Assembly: GCA_964431545.1 (NCBI GenBank)
Contig: CAYSLC010000009.1
Location: 1-53,428 of the forward strand
Source of the DNA: an uncultured Desulfobacteraceae bacterium
GTDB lineage: Bacteria > Desulfobacterota > Desulfobacteria > Desulfobacterales > JAABSP01
Length of the DNA stretch: 53,428 nt
Direction: 5' to 3'
The first letter of the stretch is position 1; each line of letters opens with the position of its first letter. Below are positions 29,530 to 39,176 of this stretch, one piece after another. A program made the translations under genes and the position numbers. The notes under the pieces are model-generated. The model worked only from the letters and a program-made list of their open reading frames with translations. It was not told the DNA's origin and ran no database searches.

Positions 29530-30216
29530 TCAAGGGGTCCAGTGGATGACCCCCCGGGCGAAATCGATGCGGTAGTCGAGCCCCTTCAAAAAGTTCATCC
29601 CCAGCAGCCCGGCGTACCCCTCGCCTTCGCCCTGATGGTCGAGAATGCCCGCCACCATGTCGGCTCTCTTGACGGGCCCCACCTCCACGAAGTCGAGCTT
29701 CACCAGATCCGCGTCGACCACCTTCCCGTCCGCCATCCGCGCCTTGATCTTCCTGTGGGTGGGAAGGAAAAGCTGCTTGGCCACGCTCCGGTGAAGGGCG
29801 ATGATGGAGGCCCCGGTATCCAGAAGCAGGGGGACGGTGACAGTCCGGGCCCCGTATTCCAGCCGGACGGGCACCAGGATCTGGTTGCCCCGGATCTCCA
29901 CCTCGGTCCGGAGCCGGGCGAGCCGCTCCTCCCGCTCCTTCCGGGCCGCCGCCTCCCTGCGCGCCTCCCGCAGGTCCTCGGCCCGCCGCCGGTCGGCCTT
30001 TTCGGCGGCGGCCCGCTGCGCCTCGGGAAGATGATCGTACTTCTCCTTGTAGACGGTGGCCTCCTCCTGGTACGGCTCCGGGATCCGGCTCTTGTCGTCC
30101 ACGAAGATCAGGTTCCCGTCTTCGTCCACATACTTGTAAAACTCCGCACGGGGAGCGCCTTGGAAGGCGAGGGCCGCCCAGAGGGCGAGGACGACGGGAA
30201 GAACGGTGTTTCGCAT
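29530..30216 (-). CDS. secreted retropepsin-like (clan AA) aspartic protease with N-terminal DUF4124-like segment
   Basis: Signal peptide (VLPVVLALWAALAFQGAPRA), FYKYVDEDGNLIFVDDKS (DUF4124-like), a charged linker, and the aspartyl protease active-site motif LLLDTGAS. Confidence 0.7.
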   Translation of the reverse strand: MRNTVLPVVLALWAALAFQGAPRAEFYKYVDEDGNLIFVDDKSRIPEPYQEEATVYKEKYDHLPEAQRAAAEKADRRRAEDLREARREAAARKEREERLARLRTEVEIRGNQILVPVRLEYGARTVTVPLLLDTGASIIALHRSVAKQLFLPTHRKIKARMADGKVVDADLVKLDFVEVGPVKRADMVAGILDHQGEGEGYAGLLGMNFLKGLDYRIDFARGVIHWTP

Positions 30217-30226
30217 CCCATTTCTC

Positions 30227-31141
30227 CTATTGGGTCCGTCGGTACTGACCGTACTTCTCCTCGGCCAATCCGTCCCGGACCAGCAGTTCGAGGTTCTTCC
30301 GGATCATCGGCTCCTCGAAGATCCGCTGAAGGACCTTGTCGGGCATCCGGTTCCGGTAGAAGGGCGAGAGGGCCACCATCTCCCGGAGGCTCCGGGGGGG
30401 CGCGCAGAGGCTCAGCACCGTCCGCCGCTGCCGCTCGAATGCCGCCAGGTAGGCTTCGAAAGCCGAATGGGCCTCCCCGGCCTCCATGGGACGGCCGTGG
30501 GAGGAGCAGACCCGAACGTAGGGGTAGCCGGCAAGCCTGCGGACGCTCTCCTGGAACCGCTCGATATCGCCCTCGGGGTTCCCGTACCAGGGCCCGAACG
30601 CGGAGAAGTCGATGTCGGTGGTCAGCAAGGTACCACTTTCCCGGTGGAAGAAGCCGTAATGGTCCTCCAGGTGGCCCGGACAGTGGACGGCCTCCAGATG
30701 GACGTCCCCGGCCTTGATCCGCTGCCGGTCCTTGAACCGGCCGTCGGGCTCCCGCAGGGCCGCGAGGCCCAGGCCCTTGGCCACCACTTCGGCCCAGTAG
30801 GCCCCCTTGTCCGGGGCTCCGGTGAACCGCTCTCCCAGCCGGAGGAGATCCGACACCGACGCCGGGGTCTGCCGGGGCGTCAGGATCCGGCGATCCTTGA
30901 GCACGTGCCAGGCAAGGAGGTGGTCCGGATGGGTGTGGCTGAGGATCAGCACGTCGATCCGCCGCCGGGCATCGATCTCCCGGATCCGCTCCTCTCCGAT
31001 GCCCGCGTCGATGAGCACCGTGACCCCGCCGGTGAGCAGAAACCCGTTGGAGAACGGAAACCGGGAACGGTTCGGCCCCTCGATGAGCAGAATCTCCCCG
31101 GACAAGGGGACCACGCCGTCACGATCCTCCAGACTCACCAT
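30227..31141 (-). CDS. MBL-fold metallo-hydrolase
   Basis: 304 aa; metallo-beta-lactamase motif ILSHTHPDH and downstream His/Asp ligands. Confidence 0.75.
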   Translation of the reverse strand: MVSLEDRDGVVPLSGEILLIEGPNRSRFPFSNGFLLTGGVTVLIDAGIGEERIREIDARRRIDVLILSHTHPDHLLAWHVLKDRRILTPRQTPASVSDLLRLGERFTGAPDKGAYWAEVVAKGLGLAALREPDGRFKDRQRIKAGDVHLEAVHCPGHLEDHYGFFHRESGTLLTTDIDFSAFGPWYGNPEGDIERFQESVRRLAGYPYVRVCSSHGRPMEAGEAHSAFEAYLAAFERQRRTVLSLCAPPRSLREMVALSPFYRNRMPDKVLQRIFEEPMIRKNLELLVRDGLAEEKYGQYRRTQ

Positions 31142-31151
31142 GGCCGGCGCT

Positions 31152-32762
31152 TCACACCAGCACGGGCTTCGACTGTGGAGGGGCGGCCGGGGGCTTCGTG
31201 GCGGGCAGGTAGATCCGAAAGGCGGTCTTCGCCTTGGACTTGGGCTTGGACTCCGCCCAGACGGTGCCCTGGTGTTGCCGGACGGCCGCCTGGACCAGGG
31301 CGAGACCCAGACCGCGCCTTCCGGAGCCGGCTTTGGTGGTGTAGTAGGGATCGAAGACCCGCTCCAGATCGGCCTGGGGGATGCCCGTCCCGCTGTCCTC
31401 GATGGAGAGCAGAACGTAGTTCCCCGGGGTCAGGACCTCCGCCAGGGGGTCCTCCTCGCCGGAGACCACGGCGTTGACGGCGGTGATCCGGATCCGTCCC
31501 CCCTGGTCCATGGCCTCCCGGGCGTTCTTGAGGAGGTGGGAAACGGCCGCATGGATCTTCGAGACATCCAGGGGGACCGGCCAGAGGCCGTCCGCGTATT
31601 CGTGGATCATCCGGATGTTCGGATCGGTGATCGTTCGCTCCGCGATGGCCCGGATCAACTTTGCCAGGGAGACCGTCTTTTTCTGGAGCGGTCTCCCATC
31701 GGAGACCGCCTCCAGGCTCCGGGTGAGTTCCTGAACCCGCGCGCAGGCATCCTTGGCCATCCCCAGACGCTGGTGGATGGAGCCCCCCGGCGTTGCATCC
31801 CCCTGGGCCACGTCGATGTTGCCCACGATCCGGGCCGACAGGTCCTTGAGGTCCGCCAGGAGCCCCTGGGCCATGGTGACCACCGACGCCCGCTTCTCCC
31901 CCCGGATGATCTCCCGGTCCCGCCGGAGCCGGTCGGTCAGATCTCTTCCCACGATCACCATCTCCGGCTCCCGGCCGGGTGCCCGGATCCAGGTGACCGC
32001 CGTGTCCAGGGGCACCAGGTCGAGCCGGCGGTTGATGAAGTCGATCCGCCTGGGCGGGCCGTCCGGACTCCGACCCGGTTCCTCCCCGCCCGCCTGTTCC
32101 TGGATCTTCTTCAGCTGGTCCGGAGGCAGAATATCGGCCAGGTTCATCTCCCGGAGTTCCTCCTCGAAGTAGCCGAGCCCCTCCAGACCCCATTCGTTCA
32201 TGTAGATGATCCGACCTTGACCGTCGCAGGTGAGGATCATCTCCCGGACCCCCTCCACGATGGATCGATGGCGCCCCCCATCGGCCGCCGTTCCCGGCCG
32301 GTGAAGGGAACCGCCGTCCCGGCGGAGATCTCCGGGGATATCGACGGCCAAAGAGACAAAGCCGGTCACCTGCCCCTGCTCGTTGCGCATGCAGTTCCAG
32401 TTGAGTTTCAATTCCACCGGTTCGCCGTCCTTCCGGACGAATCGGCCCGACCAGGTGTACCGGTCCACCGTCTCGTTGGAAAGCCGCATCAGGTGGTCGG
32501 TCAGTCGTTTCCGGTCACCGTCGGTGGCCAGAAGTTCCCAGACGTTCCGCCCCTCCAGCTCCTTGGCATGGTACCCCAGGGCCTGGCACTGGGTGGTGTT
32601 GACATAGGTGATCCCCCCCTGATTGTCGATGACCTGGATGCCGTAGAGATTGGTCTCCACGAGGGTCTGGTACCGGCGTTCACAGTCGTTGACCCGCTGG
32701 CGAAGCCGCTCGAAATCATCTGCGATGTTGTATTCCTGGGTTTTGTCCTGGTCACGGGTCAT
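31152..32762 (-). CDS. cytoplasmic tandem-PAS sensor histidine kinase
   Basis: 536 aa; two PAS domains, H-box (MAQGLLADLKD), HATPase_c (DSGTGI, GLGLALV). No TM segments. Confidence 0.8.
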   Translation of the reverse strand: MTRDQDKTQEYNIADDFERLRQRVNDCERRYQTLVETNLYGIQVIDNQGGITYVNTTQCQALGYHAKELEGRNVWELLATDGDRKRLTDHLMRLSNETVDRYTWSGRFVRKDGEPVELKLNWNCMRNEQGQVTGFVSLAVDIPGDLRRDGGSLHRPGTAADGGRHRSIVEGVREMILTCDGQGRIIYMNEWGLEGLGYFEEELREMNLADILPPDQLKKIQEQAGGEEPGRSPDGPPRRIDFINRRLDLVPLDTAVTWIRAPGREPEMVIVGRDLTDRLRRDREIIRGEKRASVVTMAQGLLADLKDLSARIVGNIDVAQGDATPGGSIHQRLGMAKDACARVQELTRSLEAVSDGRPLQKKTVSLAKLIRAIAERTITDPNIRMIHEYADGLWPVPLDVSKIHAAVSHLLKNAREAMDQGGRIRITAVNAVVSGEEDPLAEVLTPGNYVLLSIEDSGTGIPQADLERVFDPYYTTKAGSGRRGLGLALVQAAVRQHQGTVWAESKPKSKAKTAFRIYLPATKPPAAPPQSKPVLV

Positions 32763-33057
32763 GGAAAGCGGTCCTCGGCCGACGCCTCAAGCGGAACGGG
32801 AAAGCCTCCGCGCCGAACACGGCGAAAGAGCGGTGGGGCCTTGCGGGCTTGAGGAGGAAAAATCTTTGAAAACATTTTAGAAAATGGCAAAGTGCTTGAC
32901 TGGAGGCAGCTGGATACGCTATCAAATAGTCAGTCACTGGAAAAACCGTTAAAAATTCGATTATAGCGGTTTTCCCCGCTTGGTGCACGCAAAAAATCGG
33001 CCCCGCGGAAGGACCGGATGTTCCGGATACCGAGGGGCCAAGCCAAGGGAGGAATGG

Positions 33058-33840
33058 ATGGCATTCAAAGACAATCTGCTGAAAAAGATAGAAATCGACC
33101 GATTGACCGATCGGGTTCTCGACTCCCTGGGCTCCCCCGGAACCACCCGGAAACTCGACAAGGAGGCCATGCGATCGCTCCTGGACAACTCCCCCTATGT
33201 GCCTCGGAAAGAGCGGGACCTGGAGCTGTGGGCCGATCCCGCCCGGTCCGGCGAAGAGCGGATCCTGGTCCTCGACAACGAACTGCCCCTCTACCGGACC
33301 ACCGCCGAGGACGTGGCCCTGCGCAAGAGTCCCACGGTCAAGGAGATGATCAACATCGGCAACGTGGTCAAGATCCTGAGCGACAAGGACGTAAAGCTCA
33401 GCAAGGGGGAGGATACGGTCCGGACGATCCGCTCCGAGGCGATCGGCGGGCTCGACCTCTCCTTCGAGGCGTCGGACATCGCCCAGATCCGGGACGAGGG
33501 CAAAGCGGCCCTGGCCGCGGGGCAGCGAAACGGCGTCCACGAGGCCCTCACCCTGTTTTCCGAACTCCTGTCCTGGCCGCCCGGCCCCAGGGCCTTCAAA
33601 CTCCCCGACTTTCGGGTGCTCTGCGCCCAGCATCCGGGGGACGAGGGGGAGACCATCTGCGGCCCCATCGTGCTCTACCACCCGGAACAGAACCGGCTCC
33701 GGCTCATCGATGACCGGATCGGCACCATGGACGGCCGGAAGATGGAGTTCGTCCGCCAGGTGGCCGTGGGCAAGGAGAAGCCCGACCTGGAGGGAGAGGA
33801 GGTCTTCGGATTCCTCCACAAGGCGGTGATGGCGGCCTGA
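33058..33840 (+). CDS. hypothetical protein (260 aa), upstream of and co-oriented with hybrid kinase
   Basis: ATG at 33058 with SD AAGGGAGG 6 nt upstream (MAFKDNLLKKIEIDRL...). No recognisable domain and no signal peptide. The track ORF 32980..33840 is over-extended. Confidence 0.5.
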   Translation: MAFKDNLLKKIEIDRLTDRVLDSLGSPGTTRKLDKEAMRSLLDNSPYVPRKERDLELWADPARSGEERILVLDNELPLYRTTAEDVALRKSPTVKEMINIGNVVKILSDKDVKLSKGEDTVRTIRSEAIGGLDLSFEASDIAQIRDEGKAALAAGQRNGVHEALTLFSELLSWPPGPRAFKLPDFRVLCAQHPGDEGETICGPIVLYHPEQNRLRLIDDRIGTMDGRKMEFVRQVAVGKEKPDLEGEEVFGFLHKAVMAA

Positions 33841-33928
33841 TCCCCGACGGTTCGCCGGCCTCTTCCACCCCTCCCCCATGCGCCCTTCCGCCGGTTCCCC
33901 CAAAAAGCCCCTCCTCCCCCGGTTCGGC

Positions 33929-36703
33929 ATGACGGCGAAGCTGTTTCTTCTCAATCTGGTCACTTTCCTCGTCTTCGGCGCCATCGCCGGGGTCATGTTC
34001 TGGACCTTCGCCGCCATCATGGAGCAGACCACCGCCGTGATCGAGCGGGATGTTCCCAAAGTCATCGGCACCTCCCGGCTGGGGCGGGACCTCTCCGAGG
34101 TCTTCAGCGGTACCCATCTGCTGGCGAGCACCTTCTACGGAAACCATGCGGTGCTCCGGCGGGAGGAGGTCCGGCTGAAAAAAACCATGGACCGGCTCCT
34201 GACCCAAGAGGAGGGGGAAGGGATCCATGCGGCCCTCTCGGACTTCGGGGCGGAACTGGACCATCTGTTCGCCCGATGCCGCGCCATCAACGGAACCGCG
34301 GACCGGATCCACGCCATCGATGCCGCCCTCCGGGGGAACATCGACGGCACGGAGGCGCTGCTTCTGGAAAAGAAGATCGCCCGGGTGACGGATCCATCGG
34401 CCGCCGCCGTCTTCGACCAGATGAGCGCCATGATGTCGGTCTACCGGGAGACCCTCCTCGAGATCAGCCTCCGCTTTGCACGGCTGAATCCGGCGGTTCC
34501 GGGCGCCATGGCGTCCGGGGAGATCCTCTCCGGGCTCAAGCGGCTCCGTCTCCAGGCCGAGACCCTCCTGGCATCGGAGATGGAGATCCGGGCGCGGATC
34601 GAGGCCCTCCTTGATGGGATTTCGGCGTATCGACGGCGGGTGGTCGAGTTCCAGGCCGCGCTTATCGGTTTCAGAGACCGCCTGGGGGCCCTGGAGGCGG
34701 CCAAGGGCCGGATCGAGACGGCCATGGCCCGGGTGGACCAAAATGTGGTGGACGCCACCCAGCGGATGGTGGCGCGCCACCGGGAGACCCTGGGGGGCGC
34801 CCTCGGCTTCGTTCTCCTGGTCTCCCTTGCGGTGATCGGCCTTCTGGGGATCTCCACCTATCTCTTTTTCAATCTCAATATCCGGGGGCCCATGGAGGCC
34901 ATCGGCAACGCCCTCCGCAATGTGGGCGACGGGGACTTCGACACCCGGATCACCTTGAACCGAACGGATGAATGGAGCGCCCTCGAGGCGGCCCTCAACG
35001 AGATGGTCTCGGAGGTCTGGCACTCCTACTCCGAACTCTACCGGAAAAACGAAGCGCTCCACCGGGCCCAGCTGGCCCTCCGTTCGAACATGGCCCGACT
35101 GGAGGAGGAGGTGGGCCACCGGCGGCAGGCCGAGCAGGAACTCAAGCAGGAACGTGACCTCATGGAGCTGATCATGAGGACGAGCCCGGTGGGGATCATG
35201 GCCGTGGGGCGCCGGGGGGAGATCTCCTTTGCCAATCCCCGTTCCGTGGAACTCCTGGATCTCCATGCGGGCGAAACGGGATCGGACCCCCCGGCGTCCG
35301 CCGCCGGGACGCCGCCGACGCCCATCCCCCCGATCCGGACCGCGCTGGAGAGCGGGACCGCCGTCATGGAGGCCCAGATGGCGGTGGAGCCCGGCGGGGA
35401 TCGGGAAACCCGGCAGGTCTCCGTCAACGCCGCCCCTTTCTTCGACGGAGAGGGCCGGGTGGAGGGCGTGGTGGCCACCATCGAGGACATCTCCCGGAGG
35501 ATCCGCGCCGAAGCCGAGAAGGACCAGCTCTACAAGCAGCTTCTCCAGGCCCAGAAAATGGAGGCCGTGGGCACCCTGGCCGGCGGCATCGCCCACGATT
35601 TCAACAACCTCCTCCAGGGGATTCAGGGATACGCCGAACTCCTCCGGATGGCCCCGTCCCTGGCGGAGCCCGCCGGGGCGAAGCTGAACGCCATCCAGCA
35701 GGCGGTGGAGCGGGGCAGCGACCTGGTCCGCCGGCTGCTCACCTTCGCCCGAAAGGTGGAGGGGACCCCCCGTCCCTTGGACCTCAACCGGGAGATCCGC
35801 CACATCCAGAAGCTTCTGGAACGGACCATCCCGAAGATGGTGGAGATCGAGGTCCGGGCCGGGGAGGACCTGTGGACCGTCATGGCCGATCCCATGCAGA
35901 TGGAACAGGTGCTCCTGAATCTCGCGGTCAACGCCAACGACGCCATGCCCGACGGCGGAAGCATCGTTATCCGGACCGAAAACATCGACCTGGATCAGGC
36001 CCACTGCAACGGCCACCCGGACGCGATCCCCGGACCCCATGTCCTGTTGACCCTGAGCGACACCGGACACGGCATGTCCCCAGCGACCCTGGAGAACATC
36101 TTCACGCCCTTCTTCACCACCAAGGAGGTGGGCAGGGGAACCGGGCTGGGGTTGGCCATGGTGTTCGGCATCGTCAAGGACCACGGCGGCCACCTGACCT
36201 GCGCCAGCGAGCCGGGCCGGGGAACCGTCTTCCGGCTTTACCTGCCGGCGGTCCCGACCCGGGACGCACCGGCCCCTTTGCCGAAGCCGGCCTCCCTTCG
36301 GGGAGCCGAAACCGTGCTCGTGGTGGATGACGAGGCGGTGATCCTCGATTTCGCCTCCCAGGTGCTTTCCGATTTCGGATACACCCCGATGACCGCCGCA
36401 AGCGGAGAGGAGGCGCTCGCCCTCTATCAGGGGAGCCGGGGAACCATCGATCTGGTGATCCTCGACCTCAACATGCCGGGGATGGGCGGCTGGCGATGTC
36501 TGAAGCGGCTCCTTGAGGTGGATCCCGGCGTCAAGGTCCTCCTGGCCAGCGGATTTCCGGAAGATGCCGGGGGCCGGCGGGTGGAGACGGAACGGGCCAA
36601 GGGGTTCCTCTCCAAGCCGTACCGCCTGGCCCAGCTGATCGAAACCATCCGGCGGGTCCTCGACGCCGACGCGCCGGAGACGGATGCCGGTTCCGCGGAG
36701 TAA
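33929..36703 (+). CDS. hybrid sensor histidine kinase / response regulator (TM-HAMP-PAS-HisKA-HATPase-REC)
   Basis: Start MTAKLF at ~33929 inside track ORF 33878..36703. Two TM segments flank a ~290-aa periplasmic/helical region. HAMP, PAS, H-box ([19 protein letters not shown]), HATPase ([13 protein letters not shown]) and C-terminal REC ([10 protein letters not shown]...[14 protein letters not shown]). Confidence 0.85.
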   Translation: MTAKLFLLNLVTFLVFGAIAGVMFWTFAAIMEQTTAVIERDVPKVIGTSRLGRDLSEVFSGTHLLASTFYGNHAVLRREEVRLKKTMDRLLTQEEGEGIHAALSDFGAELDHLFARCRAINGTADRIHAIDAALRGNIDGTEALLLEKKIARVTDPSAAAVFDQMSAMMSVYRETLLEISLRFARLNPAVPGAMASGEILSGLKRLRLQAETLLASEMEIRARIEALLDGISAYRRRVVEFQAALIGFRDRLGALEAAKGRIETAMARVDQNVVDATQRMVARHRETLGGALGFVLLVSLAVIGLLGISTYLFFNLNIRGPMEAIGNALRNVGDGDFDTRITLNRTDEWSALEAALNEMVSEVWHSYSELYRKNEALHRAQLALRSNMARLEEEVGHRRQAEQELKQERDLMELIMRTSPVGIMAVGRRGEISFANPRSVELLDLHAGETGSDPPASAAGTPPTPIPPIRTALESGTAVMEAQMAVEPGGDRETRQVSVNAAPFFDGEGRVEGVVATIEDISRRIRAEAEKDQLYKQLLQAQKMEAVGTLAGGIAHDFNNLLQGIQGYAELLRMAPSLAEPAGAKLNAIQQAVERGSDLVRRLLTFARKVEGTPRPLDLNREIRHIQKLLERTIPKMVEIEVRAGEDLWTVMADPMQMEQVLLNLAVNANDAMPDGGSIVIRTENIDLDQAHCNGHPDAIPGPHVLLTLSDTGHGMSPATLENIFTPFFTTKEVGRGTGLGLAMVFGIVKDHGGHLTCASEPGRGTVFRLYLPAVPTRDAPAPLPKPASLRGAETVLVVDDEAVILDFASQVLSDFGYTPMTAASGEEALALYQGSRGTIDLVILDLNMPGMGGWRCLKRLLEVDPGVKVLLASGFPEDAGGRRVETERAKGFLSKPYRLAQLIETIRRVLDADAPETDAGSAE

Positions 36704-36784
36704 GATCCCGCCCCCGCGGAGGGGGTCCGTGGTCACAAATGTCTTGTCACGGAGACGTTTCCGTGTTATCGGAGAGCCGGTCGT

Positions 36785-36801
36785 CCCGTTTCGGGTTTTT
36801 T
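36785..36801 (+). terminator. weak intrinsic terminator candidate after the hybrid kinase gene
   Basis: cccg-ttt-cggg hairpin followed by tttttt. A stronger GC hairpin (cccccgcggaggggg, 36711-36725) sits just after the stop but has no U-tract. Confidence 0.3.
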
Positions 36802-36885
36802 CACCGGCCGGCGCGAACATTTCCCCGGCTGAAAACCGACCGGCGGCAACTTTTTCCAAAAAGGGCTGAAAGGAGAGAGACGCAA

Positions 36886-37359
36886 ATGACGCAGACCAAC
36901 AAACTCATCACCCTACTACTCGTGGTCGTCCTCGCGGTCTTCCTGCAAGTGCTGTTCGTCTTCGCGGACACCCAGGACTCGCCGAGAAAGGCGGCGATCG
37001 AATTCGCCGAAGCCTATGTCGGATATGACGGGGAGACCCTCGACAAACTGTTGTGCGAGGAAGCGAAGGTGGTCGATGATGTCAACGTGATCAACGCCTA
37101 CCTCTACCGCCAGCGTCAGCGCGCCGAAAACCTGGGGTACAGCATGAACTACATGAGGGACTGCCTCTACCACGTGGACGCGGAAACCCTGGAGGCCGAC
37201 GCCACCCAGGCGAAAGTCCACCTCGCGGCCGAGCGGAAATCGAACCTCCGCAACTTTTTCGGCGGGCAGACCCACCACCTGGAGGAGACCTTCGAGCTGA
37301 TCCGGGAGGACGGCCGCTGGAAGGTCTGCGGCGCCCCCTTGACCCTCCAGGGGACCTAA
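36886..37359 (+). CDS. hypothetical N-terminally membrane-anchored protein (157 aa)
   Basis: ATG at 36886 with SD AAAGGAGAGAGA upstream. Single N-terminal TM (LITLLLVVVLAVFLQVLFVF) and a soluble domain without recognised motifs. Confidence 0.5.
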   Translation: MTQTNKLITLLLVVVLAVFLQVLFVFADTQDSPRKAAIEFAEAYVGYDGETLDKLLCEEAKVVDDVNVINAYLYRQRQRAENLGYSMNYMRDCLYHVDAETLEADATQAKVHLAAERKSNLRNFFGGQTHHLEETFELIREDGRWKVCGAPLTLQGT

Positions 37360-37637
37360 AGGGGATCGGACCGGCGCCCATCCTCCACCCCGAACGGCCG
37401 CGGGCGGGCGCCGGCCAACGGCTCAATGGCGGTTGAGAACCCGTGCCCGCGGGGGATCTCCTCCGGCGGGACCGAGTCCGTCGCCAGGCCCACCGGACTA
37501 TCCAGCGATACCCCCGCTTCCATTTTGCCGACATCCATCGGGCCGGCGCGCGCGCAGGCCGTTGCGCGGTTCCGGCGGATGGACGCCCCATCGGAGGACC
37601 TCCCTGTCGAAATTTGTTGACTTTTATCCGCCGGGTA

Positions 37638-37783
37638 TGAAAAAGTTGAAAAAAATCAAGGCAACCTTTCGACCCCGCACCGGAAGAGCGTACGGCCTCC
37701 AGTTCATCGACCGGCTCGCCATCGGAGACGAGCTTTACACCTTTCATCAAGACAGAATTCGCTCCGCGCCCATGAGCGTTTGA
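37638..37783 (+). CDS. possible small ORF (48 aa) in a 445-bp intergenic region
   Basis: ATG..TGA in the frame of track ORF 37433..37783 (MKKLKKIKATFRPRTGRAYGLQFIDRLAIGDELYTFHQDRIRSAPMSV), preceded by a TTGACT -35-like hexamer but no clear SD. Coding status uncertain. Confidence 0.2.
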
Positions 37784-37804
37784 CCGAAGCCCCGCCGACC
37801 AGGG

Positions 37805-38239
37805 ATGAAGACATTTCTCATTGTTTTGGCGCTGTTTTACACCCTGCTGCCACGGGATCTGATGCCCGATTTCGCCCCGGTGGTCGGATGGGTGGACGAC
37901 CTCGTGGTATGGGTCTTCGTGGTCCGATACCTCTATATCCGAAGCCGGAAAGAGGCCGAGAGACGGCACTACCAGGAGAGACAGCGGCGGACCGCCCAGG
38001 AAGAGAACCGACACGCCGACACCGAATCCCGGCAAGCCCGGCCGCCCGATGATCCCTACCAGGTGCTCGGCATCCCGAGGGGGGCGACGCCCGAAGAGAT
38101 CAAGTCCGCTTACCGGACCCTGGCCAACCAGTACCATCCAGACAAGGTCGCCCACCTGGGCGAGGAGTTCAAATCCCTTGCGGAGAAGCGCTTCAAGGAG
38201 ATCCACGGCGCGTACCGGAAGCTGATGTCGGTCCGATAA
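37805..38239 (+). CDS. DUF1232 (YkvA-like) membrane domain fused to C-terminal J-domain (DnaJ-like)
   Basis: N-terminus LLPRDLMPDFAPVVGWVDDLVV matches the DUF1232 signature. C-terminus DPYQVLGIPRGATPEEIKSAYRTLANQYHPDK is a J-domain with an HPD motif. Confidence 0.7.
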   Translation: MKTFLIVLALFYTLLPRDLMPDFAPVVGWVDDLVVWVFVVRYLYIRSRKEAERRHYQERQRRTAQEENRHADTESRQARPPDDPYQVLGIPRGATPEEIKSAYRTLANQYHPDKVAHLGEEFKSLAEKRFKEIHGAYRKLMSVR

Positions 38240-38269
38240 CCCCCATATATAAGCGCTTCAGGAGTTTCC

Positions 38270-38905
38270 ATGCCGACCATCATCGCCATCTACGGAAGTC
38301 CACGCCGCCGGGGCAATACGGCCTCGCTTTTGGATCGGGCGATCCAGGGAGCCGAGGAGGGCGGGGCCCGGGTGGAACCGGTGGTCCTCCGGGACCTCAA
38401 GCTCTCGCCGTGCCTGGAGATCTACGGCTGTAAAAAGACGGGAAAATGCACCATCCAGGACGATTTTCAGCCCCTTGCGGACCAACTGGCGGCGGCGGAC
38501 GGGGTGATGCTGGCCTCCCCCATCTTTTTCTACACCGTCAGCGCCCACACCAAGATCCTCATGGACCGGTGTCAGTCGTTCTGGGTCAAGCGGCACTGGA
38601 TCGAAAAGGCCCCCTTCTCCGCCGGACCGGATCCAAGCCGAAAGGGCCTCTTCATCTCGGTGGGGGCGACCCGGGGCCAAAAGCTCTTCGACGGGGCCGG
38701 GCTGACCGTGAAGTACTTTTTCGACGCGCTGGACATCACCCTGTGGCGATCTCTGCTCTATCGGGGCATCGACTTCGAAGGGGATATCCAGAAACACCCC
38801 GAACACCTGGAAGAGGCCCGGAGAACCGGCAGGGCCTTAGCGGAGGACTTGGCGGAGGAGATGAAGGATGACGGACCCCCGGCCGGGTTCGAAGAAAGGA
38901 GATGA
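38270..38905 (+). CDS. flavodoxin-fold NADPH-dependent FMN reductase / iron-sulfur-flavoprotein-like protein
   Basis: IIAIYGSPRRRGNT flavodoxin-like N-terminus; Cys cluster CLEIYGCKKTGKC; LASPIFFYTVSA FMN-binding region. Confidence 0.7.
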   Translation: MPTIIAIYGSPRRRGNTASLLDRAIQGAEEGGARVEPVVLRDLKLSPCLEIYGCKKTGKCTIQDDFQPLADQLAAADGVMLASPIFFYTVSAHTKILMDRCQSFWVKRHWIEKAPFSAGPDPSRKGLFISVGATRGQKLFDGAGLTVKYFFDALDITLWRSLLYRGIDFEGDIQKHPEHLEEARRTGRALAEDLAEEMKDDGPPAGFEERR

Positions 38906-38957
38906 AGATGGACGGAGTGGATTCGAAACGATGGAAAAACAGCGGGTGAGGTAACCA

Positions 38958-39128
38958 ATGGACAATGACAAGATAAGACAACTCGAAGCCAAGCTTCGGG
39001 AGATGCTGGACGCCGATACCGACGGACACGCACCGGCCATGGAAGAGACCGCCAAGGCGTCCCCGCCCCGGAAGGTGGTGATCCGGCGTCGGAAGGGCCA
39101 GCAGGACAAACGGATCTCGCTGGGCTGA
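38958..39128 (+). CDS. small hypothetical basic protein (56 aa)
   Basis: ATG with strong SD GGTGAGG 6 nt upstream. MDNDKIRQLEAKLREMLDADTDGHAPAMEETAKASPPRKVVIRRRKGQQDKRISLG: acidic helical N-terminus, Lys/Arg-rich C-terminus. Fits precisely between flanking genes. Confidence 0.35.
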   Translation: MDNDKIRQLEAKLREMLDADTDGHAPAMEETAKASPPRKVVIRRRKGQQDKRISLG

Positions 39129-39176
39129 TCGCATCCGCGGAACACTTCGGAGACCGTTTCAACAACAGAGGAAGAG

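Noticed and set aside
32875-32900. sigma-54 promoter look-alike aaaaTGGCAaagtgcTTGACt upstream of 33058, and TGGCGTACAGGAAATTTGCCTTGCA near 48041
   Set aside because: GG/GC spacing does not fit the strict -24/-12 geometry (GG-N10-GC): 6 nt in the first case, 11 or 14 nt in the second. The first is better explained as a sigma-70 -35 element (TTGACT).
33704-36859. 1051-aa minus-strand ORF antisense to the hybrid histidine kinase; similar cases 15555..17504 (-), 19318..20829 (+), 20848..22983 (-), 37091..38206 (-), 43275..44606 (+), 46007..47149 (+)
   Set aside because: All lie antisense to genes with clear family assignments (HisKA/HATPase, sigma-54 activator, GH77, GH13, IDH, YicC) and encode Gly/Pro/Arg-rich low-complexity sequence. 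Shadow ORFs.
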